Translations under genes and position numbers: made by a program
Shown: piece by piece, positions 1 through 10,190 of the stretch
Position numbering within the stretch: the first letter of the stretch is position 1
Layout: each line of letters begins with the position of its first letter
Notes under the pieces: model-generated
Databases searched by the model: none
Told to the model about the DNA's origin: nothing
What the model saw: only the letters and a program-made list of their open reading frames with translations
Assembly (NCBI RefSeq): GCF_964204645.1
Contig: NC_134032.1
Coordinates: forward strand, 12,946,275-13,010,274
Direction of reading: 5' to 3'
Source of the DNA: Tubulanus polymorphus
Lineage: Eukaryota; Animalia; Nemertea
DNA length: 64,000 nucleotides

Positions 1-1362
1 CACCACTTTATGCGCACTAAAAGTGCTGAAAAGTGCTTACTTATGCATAATCCATACAAACCGTATGCAACACATTTACTTAGAACGTCAGTATCTAAAC
101 GGAAATCGCTCTGGGGCCCCATATCGGAGCATCAAATTTTTAAAACATTTTAACAGGGGAGGACCCCGGTTCATCAGATGAGTTTGATCAAATTTAGAGC
201 GAACCCACCCGCATGGTCCTCACGTTACGGGCCTGATTTGAAATCGCTGATCTACAAGATCCAGTATCACAGTCGTCAACTCAGAGTTAACATCGCTTCA
301 TTTTCAACGAGTCAACTCTACTTATTAAATCTTATCTCACAAAACTGTCGAACTGGCTCCATATCTACAGTTCTCAGTGGAAAATTAACTAATTTCAACT
401 CGGGGTAAACGCCGTGACGCAAAACTGTGGATCTAGATCCAGTAATCCATTCTAGACTTGATTCGTTGAAAATGAATTGTAATTTAGAGTTTTCTCTTAA
501 TCACAACTATGGAACCTGATCCAGAAAGTAATTTTACAGGAAAGAGATATCGATTTACAATAGTGATGAAATGTCAAATTAGAAAGCAGTTTCAGTCCAG
601 ACACAAATAATATTACCTTGATAGCTGTGTAACACGTCCGAATATCTTCGCGCTGAATAATGATGCCTGGTCGTTTTAGCCCTAGTTTATACTTCGGGAT
701 GCGTGATCGCAAATAATTTAATCTTGTAAGTCATTAAGATAAAGCAATCGAAAAAATATCGTTATCAGTGAAAAACCGTGTTTTTGAATTTTTAATCTGT
801 GTATAAGCCGCCAAAGGCGCTCGCCGGAAGCTCTATTTAATTAAGTTAATCGCGCGAAGATAACGTTGAGATAAAGCGCTGCGTATGCGCTAGGCCATAT
901 CCTTCATCGGCAGGATTCGAACCCGATGGCACGGAGTCTCGCGAGGCCATCGATCGGTCAACTCTAACCAACGCGCTCGCCCTTAAAAAATGAAAACCAG
1001 TCGCCGGTAAAGCGAAAGAGGATTGTCTTATCATTGCACGCTCATAACTTTCTCAGATCTCAACTCCCGAAACCGCCTTAAACCCACGACTAAGAAATTT
1101 GATCCAGACGAATTGAAACTCACGATATTGTGGAGTTGAATATCTAGCAGAATCGATAACATTACCTTTACGTTATTCCATATGCCCTTTTAGCAAGTTT
1201 CTAAAACCAACCTCTAATCGATTGGCAGATATGATTTCTCATGACCCCAACAAATAAAAAAAAAATATATCCAAAACAGATATTGATTTGTCATAAGGGA
1301 CCCAAATGAACTGAAAAAATAAATATGGGGTATGCCCTACTGCCAAAAGTATGTTTGGGCTT

Positions 1363-1597
1363 GAGGAGAGAATCCCACAATGATAATAAAAAGTCCGAAA
1401 AAGAAACCTCGAGATAGTAGTTTATTTCAACGTTTCGACTATATCCTAATAGTCATCTTCAGGAATAATGTAATTAGGATATAGTCGAAACGTTGAAATA
1501 AACTACTATCTCGAAGTTTCATTTTCGGACTTTTTATTATCATTGTGGGATTCTCTCCTCATCGCGTCAACACGGATATAGTGTTCTACCAATCGTG
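1363..1597. mobile_element. Penelope-like-element (PLE) derived insertion: inverted 3' fragments with 12-bp target-site duplication
   Basis: Near-perfect 88-bp inverted arms at 1363-1450 and 1473-1560, plus a 37-bp tail. Flanked by direct repeat ATGTTTGGGCTT at 1351-1362 and 1598-1609. Contains a hammerhead core followed by AATAAA. PLE assignment is inferred from this architecture. Confidence 0.7.
1422..1469 (-). ncRNA. Minimal type I hammerhead ribozyme motif
   Basis: Minus strand reads attattc-CUGAAGA-U-gactat(taggat)atagtc-GAAA-C-GUU-gaaataa: conserved core CUGAnGA/GAAA, 6-bp stem II, palindromic AACGUU mini stem III, NUH triplet GUU, imperfect stem I. Confidence 0.65.
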
Positions 1598-1792
1598 ATG
1601 TTTGGGCTTCCCAGGGTTAAAGAGAAATAAATTCTAAAATAGCGAACGACTCTGGAACACTGTACAGAACACTATGCATTCACCTGTCTGTCAATGGATA
1701 GAAAAGTGGTAAGGGTATAGTATATAATTTTCTTCAACACACCGTATGAAATCCTTCTCTACAATTATAGTCATTTCCCAACATCGCATTTG

Positions 1793-2782
1793 ATGGAAAT
1801 GTTAAACGCTTCAGTTGTGCAGAAATGTTTCCCTCGTAGTCGCGTCATTTGGAATCTGATCGCAGTATCTATGATAGGACCGATTGGTTGGTTTGGTCTG
1901 GTATCCAATTCCGTTACTATAGCTGTGCTTTATCGGCTCCACAAGACGAATAGCTCCACGACTTCGCATTTCGTTTTATTGTTATTAGCCGTTTTCGACA
2001 TCGTCTGTTGCGTCGCGATCATCATCTACAACCATTTCGTTTGGGTTTTGAAATTGATTCGCCACGGAAGAACCGGACTGTATTTAGACATGGGTTTAGG
2101 GGCCCCTGAACTTTACATAACGGGTAATTTAATCTCAAAATGGGGTTCTTACATTCGCAACGGCCTGACGCTTTTAGTGACGTTCGACCGAGCATTTAAC
2201 ATTTGCTTTCCACTCAAAGCTAAACGCTATTGGGGGTTTAAACATTGTTATATATTTTCAGCCGTTTGCGTAATCGTATGGACTGCCTTGATGTGTGACC
2301 GCGCGCAGAATCGAATAGTTGCGTACGTCAACGCGACGTGTACATACGGCTTGTCAATCCGCGACGTAAAAACTATTTTTCAACCTCATAGAAATAGTTA
2401 TGTATTTGAAGTCATATCGACGACGTATTTACCATTCGCTCTTATACCGCTACTGAATACGATCATGATAATTAAACTACGAATTCACGCGAGAAATAGG
2501 AAGAATCTGACAGGCGCTGATACGAGTAGAAAAACTAAACAAGATGGAACCGGCCACAGAATGGTGTTTGTTGCATCCGCTTTATTTATGGTGTCTGTTT
2601 TTCCAGATATGGCATTCAACATTCTGTTCATGTACTTGTCATGGTCTGTTGTGTGGCCGGTTTTGCTTTTGAATGATGTTTTTCAAGCCCTGAATTCATC
2701 TGTGAACGGTATATTCTATTATGTATACAGTAAAAACTTTCGACAAGAAATAAAGTCGTTGCGCTTCCAAAGAACAGTCTAA
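1793..2782 (+). CDS. Class A (rhodopsin-like) GPCR, orphan FMRFamide/peptide-receptor-like; single coding exon
   Basis: 329 aa from ATG 1793 (the track starts at the upstream TTG). Seven hydrophobic segments: TM2 LAVFD, TM3 TFDRAFNICFP, TM5 YLPF..LN, TM6 SVFP, TM7 NSSVNGIFY, helix 8 SKNFRQE. N-terminal NAS glycosylation site. Confidence 0.92.
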   Translation: MEMLNASVVQKCFPRSRVIWNLIAVSMIGPIGWFGLVSNSVTIAVLYRLHKTNSSTTSHFVLLLLAVFDIVCCVAIIIYNHFVWVLKLIRHGRTGLYLDMGLGAPELYITGNLISKWGSYIRNGLTLLVTFDRAFNICFPLKAKRYWGFKHCYIFSAVCVIVWTALMCDRAQNRIVAYVNATCTYGLSIRDVKTIFQPHRNSYVFEVISTTYLPFALIPLLNTIMIIKLRIHARNRKNLTGADTSRKTKQDGTGHRMVFVASALFMVSVFPDMAFNILFMYLSWSVVWPVLLLNDVFQALNSSVNGIFYYVYSKNFRQEIKSLRFQRTV

Positions 2783-3307
2783 ACTCTTTCATATATTATT
2801 TGATGATTTTACCTATAGTGTAAAACATTTAAGTGAAGCTGGCGTACACGGGTCGATCATGAGCATTCACAAATTGGCGACCCTCACAGTCGAAAATGAA
2901 ATGCGGCCATATTGTAATCACGTGGCACCACTTCACGGCCTGTGATCCATCTTCGCTTGCCAGGGTTAGATTACCACCTATCGGGGCCCTCACGTCAACA
3001 CAAACCCTGCCACAACCCTTCATAAAATGGATATGTAACACGAATGGAACTACCCGAATCGACGACAAAAAGGTCACCTTGAGTGATACGATAATACTGA
3101 TGAAACGAAAGTACTGTAGCGACCCATCCGCCACCTATCGGATTACCCAATCATTGGAATAGACTACCAAAGCTCAATACAAATCAACTTTATTTGCGAT
3201 TAAAAATCGATTGTAGTCAGGGGGCTCGACACCTCGCGACGCATTGTATCGAGACCTTATTTAACAGATGCAAAGCCTACGTCATGGAAAAAAATTCCCA
3301 AGAATGT

Positions 3308-4288
3308 TCACGATCTAGTGATCGCCGCGCGCAAGTCCTTCTGGAATTGTTGACTGCTAGCCACGTAAACGAACCCGTTGATCACGTGATTCACGTCGTA
3401 TATCATTTGACCGAATTCATAGCCGAACAACAAGAACGCCCCGTACGCCGTGTCGCAATGCGTCCAGTAGTACAGGCCGGTTTTTTGAGCCGTGCCGTAT
3501 TCCAAAAACAGCAGTTCAAACAAACCCGCCGGGAATGTAGATACCAGAAATACCAAAGCCGTTGTTACCACGAGAACGGTGATCTTCCTCGACGCGTCTT
3601 GCTTCTTCGCCGTTTGCGAAATCTGTTGTTGTTGTTGCATATTCGCCGATTTTCTGACCGAGGATATGATGACGGCGTTAGTGACGGCTATAACCGGTAT
3701 CGGACCGTACAGAGAAAGTACGTTGACGACGATTTCGTAGATAAACGCTATGTTTATTTCATCGATCTGACAAGTTGTACGGATGTCGTGTTTGTGCGGT
3801 TTGAAAAAAATCGACCAAGCGAAATTGTAAGCGGCCAACAAGCAAACGGCGCCGGATATGCTGACCTTCGCTCTTTTGATGGTGCATAAAGATGCGGCCT
3901 TCAGAGGTTGAGAAACGGCTACAGCGCGATCTACGGTCATCAATACCAGAATCCAAATAGCGACCTGAGTAGGACAGACGGCGTGGAACTGTCGCAGTAC
4001 GCATTCGATCCGATTGAAACTGTATCCGAATTTGTTCATCAGCCATTGAGTTTGCATCGACACGATGGCGTATAGATCGGCCACGCCGAGAACGATCATG
4101 TAGAAGTGTCCCGTGCTTTTCGACGCGCGTTTGTAACTGCCCAAAACGACTATGACGAAACTAACGAGGCCGATGATCGGGAATATGAACGCCATGTAGT
4201 AACGCATGTCCCGGATGTGCAGCGTCACATCGGTATACAGGAGCTGAAAACACGCCGGGCTCGCAGCCGGTCCAGTGCGATTTATCAT
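3308..4288 (-). CDS. Class A (rhodopsin-like) GPCR, orphan peptide-receptor-like; single coding exon
   Basis: 326 aa from ATG 4288 (the track starts at GTG 4291). TM2 LGVAD, Cys at top of TM3, MTVDRAVAVSQPLKA, ECL2 Cys, TM5 YGP..TN, TM6 STFP, TM7 NHVINGFVY, helix 8 SSQQFQKDL. Minus-strand AATAAA at 3189-3194. Confidence 0.92.
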   Translation of the reverse strand: MINRTGPAASPACFQLLYTDVTLHIRDMRYYMAFIFPIIGLVSFVIVVLGSYKRASKSTGHFYMIVLGVADLYAIVSMQTQWLMNKFGYSFNRIECVLRQFHAVCPTQVAIWILVLMTVDRAVAVSQPLKAASLCTIKRAKVSISGAVCLLAAYNFAWSIFFKPHKHDIRTTCQIDEINIAFIYEIVVNVLSLYGPIPVIAVTNAVIISSVRKSANMQQQQQISQTAKKQDASRKITVLVVTTALVFLVSTFPAGLFELLFLEYGTAQKTGLYYWTHCDTAYGAFLLFGYEFGQMIYDVNHVINGFVYVASSQQFQKDLRAAITRS

Positions 4289-4334
4289 CACTCGATATTT
4301 TCGGTGTTATTCTAAAATTTGAAAAAAACACCAA

Positions 4335-4660
4335 GGCCCGGTTTTATAGACTGGTACTAACTTTAACCCTGGGCTAGCCCGACTCATTTTCAGTCGACTT
4401 AACCCCCAGGTTAAATAAATAGGACCCAGGGTCCAGTTCCACAGTTCTGAGTTAAGATTTGACTCTGGGTTAACTCATTGAAAATGAACTAACTTTAGCT
4501 AAGAGTTAATTCTAACTCAGAACTGTGGAACTGGGTCCAGTTCTACAGTTGTGTGTTAGAGTTAACTCTGAGTTAAAGTTAGTTCATTTTCAATGATTTA
4601 ACTCGGAGTTAAATCTTAACTCGGAACTGTGGAACTGGACCCTGTCTATAAAACCAAGCC
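4335..4660. mobile_element. Nested MITEs (GGNCCRGTT-type TIRs; PIF/Harbinger-like by inference)
   Basis: Outer TIRs GGCCCGGTTTTATAGAC / GTCTATAAAACCAAGCC. Inner element 4427-4644 has TIRs CAGGGTCCAGTTCCACAGTTC / GAACTGTGGAACTGGACCCTG and consists of two ~110-bp units head-to-head. Related pieces at about 355-500, 4920-4982, 15945-16055 and 45690-45782. Confidence 0.75.
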
Positions 4661-5024
4661 CAAGTTTAGATTTAGGGATAATTTGTTTGTCAACTATGAT
4701 TCCCATTTGTGATATAAACAAATTAGAATTAATGTTGTACGATGCATTAAAAAATGCATAGTAATAAAAAACAACGTTTGTTTTGAGATCTATCTAAAAG
4801 ACAACGTTTTCGTAATTATGAAGACCTAATGTTACAAATGATTAAAGACTGTCTTGCTCAAAAGATGCTTAAGGATAACCCGCAGATAGATATCGTAGTA
4901 ACTATGAATTTTTAATTGTCACTGTGTCAACTATCCACTCTGGAGTGGTTAGCTCTAACCAACTTTTGAGCAACTGGTCCCTGATGCTTGAGTTTCTAAG
5001 ACACTGAGTAGTTGCGCTACGTAC

Positions 5025-5130
5025 CTCTAATCTTTCAGTAGACAATTCTTCGTGAACGGCCGTGAATACAGCACAAAACTGGAGAATTAAGAGTCCTTTT
5101 CGTAATCTTCGCGAGACTTTTAATTTATAA
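5025..5130 (-). promoter_or_regulatory. Putative TATA box and non-coding first exon of the minus-strand GPCR
   Basis: Minus-strand TATAAA at about 5124-5129; donor AG|GTACGT at 5025/5024; matching acceptor ttttttcaaattttAG at 4312, 23 nt before the ATG. Confidence 0.45.
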
Positions 5131-6183
5131 AGCTGATGGGTGTGGTGACGTTATGGGTTGTGGTATCTTCATTTTTTGTCGTCTGGTCATCTGAACACAC
5201 GCGATGACAAGATGCGACGGAAGTCTATTTACAAGACTTGACGTCCATCTGACTGCGGACTTCCCGTTCGGACCGAATGGTGCTTTATTGTCGTGTACAC
5301 GCGATCTTCAATAAGCTTTTATGAATTTTGAATATTGAACATCTTAACGGGGTCTCTCTCGATAACATTCATATATTCGCGTGACAAAATGTGCAGAAGA
5401 CGTTCAGCCATTTTGTGACGCGAAAGAATAGGAAAATATTGTATTGTGTTGAATTTCGTTGGATTTTTTCTTGTTTATCTGTCATTTTGCTTTCTGAATT
5501 ATACTCAAAATGTATACAACGAGCCGACACAATAACGTTGAATTTATCCCCAAAAAGCGTTTAATCGTTGTAATATTTCTGGACCCACCAGAGTTCAACG
5601 GGTAACGAGTTGACTCGGAGTTTACTCGTTGAAAATCAACTGATTTCAACTCACCAACAGTTAACTCACAATTGAAGTGGATACAAGGTAAATACAGAAA
5701 TCGTATGATGATATGAATGATTACAGGCCCGTATTTAGGGGTGGGGTTGGGGTTAAAATGCATTAAACCATCGACGCTACGTGTTATACCCTACGCTTAC
5801 AAAACGTACGCAATCTAATCTCTACGACCAGTATTTCGTCAATAGATATATCTTCTGATAGATTCTTGACATATTTCATCAATAGTATATCGTCCATCCG
5901 GATTTCTTTGAGGATTAGAATACATATAGCCATCGGCGTTTATGAAGTTATCATCGTAGTTGTTACTTGATACGTACTTAACCTGCGCTGGGACAATCAA
6001 GACTGCCCGCAGCAAAACACCACCTGGACCAGACGTAATACTATAAGGGTCTGCAATTCTGAATATACTTCTAGTAACTAGATTTGCTTTCAGAATGACG
6101 CCCGCGGGTTCAGCGATTAGTTCTCATCTTACGGTATCGGTATCGGATTCGAGACGTCGTCCTCTGTAGTAATAGTCGACCTG

Positions 6184-7137
6184 ATGTCTATTACGAACAG
6201 TACGGTCGTCGAATCGGCTCGATTTTGGATCGGGCGCGTCGTCCCGCCTATTTTCATTATCATCGGTTTGATCGGCAACGCCTTGGCCATGTTGATTCTG
6301 TCGCAATCGCATTACCGACGAAACACCACGTGTCTGTACATGCGAGTCACTTCTATCGTCGATACAGCTTATCTAATCGGCAGGTGTCTTCAACGCTATC
6401 TGTTCACTATGATACCCGCTATATTATCTTCACCGCAGATTAAGAAACCCCTTTGCCTCGAATATTTCTTCGTCTACACAACGGCCGACGATATTTCGTG
6501 CGTTCTGCTGCTCGCGATGACCGTCGAACGGTCGCTCGTACTCGCTTTTCCGTTCAAGTCCAAGCAGCTATCGACGATGCGACGCGCCTGGGTCACTATC
6601 ATCACCATCGTCCTTATAGTCGTTCTATTGAGCGCTTTCAATTTCATTCGTTCGCGTCACGATAAGTACCGCGTCTGGACGTGTCCGTACCACTTCCACA
6701 ACGGATTCGACGTCGTCTACGACACGGTGCACGCCATCATTCCGACCGGCGTGGCGTTTTTACTCATCGCCCTAAACGCGTTCATCATCGTGACCGTAAC
6801 GCGAAGTTCAAAGGCAGACGTCGGTAAGCAGGTTCAAGCGGCGGAATCGACATCGTCGGCTAGTCATATCACTCGTTCGCTGGTCGTCCTGACAACTTCC
6901 TATTGTCTGTTTCGCTTCCCGTTGACCTTGTATAAGATCATGTATTCGATGCAGTCGTACAAGGCCGGCTCCGGTCTCACCGACTCAGAACACAGTTTGA
7001 TTTTCGACGTCACTGTTTACTGTCGCTACGGATACTTCGTTTTCAACAGTTACATGTACATATTATCGTGCGCTAAGTTTCGCAAAGAACTCGGCATATT
7101 TTTCGCTGGTGGGCGATATTTGGTTTGCTTACGTTAA
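6184..7137 (+). CDS. Class A (rhodopsin-like) GPCR, orphan peptide-receptor-like; single coding exon
   Basis: 317 aa. TM1 GLIGN, TM2 TSIVD, TM3 Cys and MTVERSLVLAFPFKS, ECL2 WTC, TM5 IIP..LN, TM6 FRFP, TM7 FNSYMY, helix 8 SCAKFRKEL. NST glycosylation site; AATAAA at 7279-7284. Confidence 0.92.
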   Translation: MSITNSTVVESARFWIGRVVPPIFIIIGLIGNALAMLILSQSHYRRNTTCLYMRVTSIVDTAYLIGRCLQRYLFTMIPAILSSPQIKKPLCLEYFFVYTTADDISCVLLLAMTVERSLVLAFPFKSKQLSTMRRAWVTIITIVLIVVLLSAFNFIRSRHDKYRVWTCPYHFHNGFDVVYDTVHAIIPTGVAFLLIALNAFIIVTVTRSSKADVGKQVQAAESTSSASHITRSLVVLTTSYCLFRFPLTLYKIMYSMQSYKAGSGLTDSEHSLIFDVTVYCRYGYFVFNSYMYILSCAKFRKELGIFFAGGRYLVCLR

Positions 7138-7984
7138 GATTTTTTTCAATTTGTGCCCCTTTCCGAACCTTCCAACTCAAAAGCTCCTTCGCTAAAGGTA
7201 TCCATGATCTTCTATAACCTACTCGTCGCGAATACGCATTGACTGTCTGGACTTAAAAAACCCTTGAAAAATGACCAAAATAAACGGGATACGAACACGC
7301 AATCACGCAGGATAAGCGTAACGTTTTCCCACAGCGCTATCGCTGCTCGCTTTCAGAAATGCCGATTTTATAACTACATGTAGCTTTACCCTAATTAGCT
7401 ACCTTATAGTAATAAACCCTAAACCCTACCCCACCCCTAACCATAAACCCTCTTGATACTAACCCATCTGATCTTCAGAACTAGTTTCATCGATTGAAAA
7501 AGCCGCCATTGTGTGTACGACTCGGTCAGGATCTAACATTTACCAGGAATCCATCGATCAGGACTGATATGTTTTCTTTTTGGTTTGGCCTGATTTCATC
7601 CGTCCAATATTGCTGGATTAATCTAACATAAAGTGGATTTCCGGAAGGTGCCTAAAATATTCAACCTTTTGATGAGCTAGATTTCTTAATCTTATATCTA
7701 TGAAAGAAGTAATATCTAAAATCGGGGCAAAATTAAAAAGTAACATGCAGAAATGCACGCGCTCCTGTCGAATCAGAAAATTCTGGTCCAATTCCACACG
7801 AAGTTCTGGACCCAGTTGCACAGTCGTTGCACAGATTGGCCACACGAAATGTTGGTCTTAAATCTTAAGTCTTATCTTCAGGAAGTTGTTAGATTGATCA
7901 CAGAACCTGGTTGATGCTTAAGAGACTAAGCTCTCCCTGGGTGATGTCTCCTTATGTGGCAGACCACTGTTTAATTCGTACCCA

Positions 7985-8128
7985 GCGGCCTCGGTAGCTC
8001 AGTGATAGTGGCTGGTTCGAGTTCTGCTGGCTCCTACAGTGTGCGGGCAACACTTCAAAGGCTGAGGTCCCGCCATGTGGTTGAATAATCAAATAGGGTT
8101 AGCCTTGGGAAACCAAGATCCAAACATT
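7985..8128 (+). mobile_element. tRNA-derived SINE-like element (family A)
   Basis: A-box-like TAGCTCAGTG and B-box GGTTCGAG, followed by body AACACTTCAAAGGC...TTAGCCTTG...CCAAGATCC shared with 45140-45265 and partly with 15512-15555. Confidence 0.55.
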
Positions 8129-9890
8129 ACTTTTACATAATAGTTACAGGGCATCTCCCCTTATGGTACAGCCCCCGGCTTGGAGATGTCATTTTCTCTA
8201 AATGTATTTATGTGAGTATATTTTCAATCATGAGAGTGAATAAAGTATTCATATTCATATTCAAACGATGCATTTTTAACAAACATCATCATACGAGACA
8301 GCGACCTGGGAAGATGTCTTACTGTCGTTCTCAACCAATCAATGGAACCAATAGGTGGCGAGTGCGTGCATGAGTGCTCGTCGCCAGTGGTCAGGCCTCG
8401 CGATGCCACCAGGTTCGTATCCTTTCCGATAGAGGACGCCACCTCGTAAACCGGAGCATGCAACGCGCAGACGAAAAAGAAATACTCAACGAATTGATAT
8501 CTTAGTAATAATTATTTATTGGAAATCTACATCAAATTTACACGCTTTTTTTTCTCATATACAAACAAGGGTTTTTTGATAAGATACCAACGGAAAATTC
8601 TGCTTCGAAAATGGTGTTCTCGCACGCGGGAAGTTATTCTAAGCAGCGGAACAGAAAATCGCCCGTACGTTATACGATATATCATAATTATCACAGAATG
8701 TGTCTAGACTTCGCTGTTGAAATATCAATTGCTGAATTCGAAGAACGATTACAGGACTTGAATTGTTTGGAGCGCGTGGTCCTTTTCGAACGAGCAGAAT
8801 TTTACACGACGGATTTCATGAGGAATTAAATAATAATACAGATTTATATATTATTCGTATATGTTTTATGTGTAGAGTAACATGTACAATATATTTGCAT
8901 AAACTATCGATTTGCACGTACTTTTTTCGAGGAGTAAGATTTTCATATTTATAGGGGGTGTAAAGAGGCGCGGGGTAACACAAAAAGTAGTTACATTCTA
9001 CTACGTCGTTACAATTAACGATAATTTTTTTTCATAAAAAGGAAAGATCTGGGAAAACTAATCGTATTTTGGCTTGGACACTTTCACCGCAATTGATGGA
9101 TAACTATGTTATATAGAAAATGAAATTCACCACGATCAAGATACTACCAGATAGCGCTCTATGGTATTATACCATTTGTCATAGTCTAACTTACATTTTG
9201 ATGCAATCTATAAGACAGGGCCACTTGCACTGTCATGGTACCATACGAGGACCATTTTAGTTCAACAGCAAGTCTAACAACTTAAACCAGTTTTAAATTT
9301 AGTCTCGATTATGCAACCGGCCCCTAAATCAGTTGCACAGTATGGCTTCAAGACCGGTTTAAGACTGATCTTTTAGACTAGACCACTATCGGACGTAAAG
9401 TCACGCCTGTACAGCTGGTTCCGGGGTCAAAAAGCAATTTCCCATTTTGCAGAAAATAGAAGGCGGCAATATAAAATACAGCGCAGCGTAAGTATTTCAA
9501 TTACCTTAAAACAAAGGGAAATAACAAGAGAGCTTGATGAAAATTGCGCATCCGCTCTAAGGTTTTCAAGTTTCCGATTGGGACACTTTTTGTTTGTTTT
9601 GTCGATACCTCTCGTGTTGGTTGGTTTGTAGGTTGGTTGGTATAAATGTATTAAACGCTGTATAAATTATATATATATACACAACAAAAATATACTGAGC
9701 GATTGTAACACACTGGTAAATATACAATAATGTTGGATCTTTTTTCTGGTTTTATATTTGGAACGTTTCTCATTAAATCATCATCATTATCATCATCCAT
9801 GATATTCATCATTCTCACTTGAACCGATTATTTCTGAATCACTACATTTATCCGATATACAGAATGAATTGAATGGGCACCGGAAACGTT

Positions 9891-10190
9891 ACTGTGGCAA
9901 GTGAGGATCCACCAGGTGTCAGTAGTGGGCAGAGCGCATCAACTACTGTGGCCATAGAGGATTCCACTCATGGCAAGTGAGGAAAGCAAGACATCAACTA
10001 CTGTGATAATGCAAGAGATTTTTACTTGTGGCAAGCGAGGGTCCACCAGGTGTCACTAGTGTGCAGTAGGACTTCAACTACTGTAGCAGTAGAGGATTCC
10101 ACTTGTGGCAAGCGAGGATCCACCAGGTGTGCTAGTGTGCAGTGGGACTTCAACTACTGTAACAGTAGCGGATTCCACTTGTGGCAATCG
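9891..10190 (+). repeat. Dispersed ~77-bp tandem-repeat family, array copy
   Basis: About 4 degenerate units of TGTGGCAAGTGAGGATCCACCAGGTG(G)CGCTAGTGTGCAGTAGGACATCAACTACTGTGGCAATAGAGGATTCCACT; period 77 bp between 10031 and 10108. Confidence 0.85.

Noticed and set aside
3194-3889. 231-aa plus-strand ORF overlapping GPCR2
   Set aside because: Antisense shadow of the GPCR coding sequence; TTG start and no recognisable motif.
7414-7450. Telomere-like AACCCT repeats (also 5734-5757 on the other strand)
   Set aside because: Only a few degenerate units; more like the simple-repeat part of an interspersed element than a telomere.
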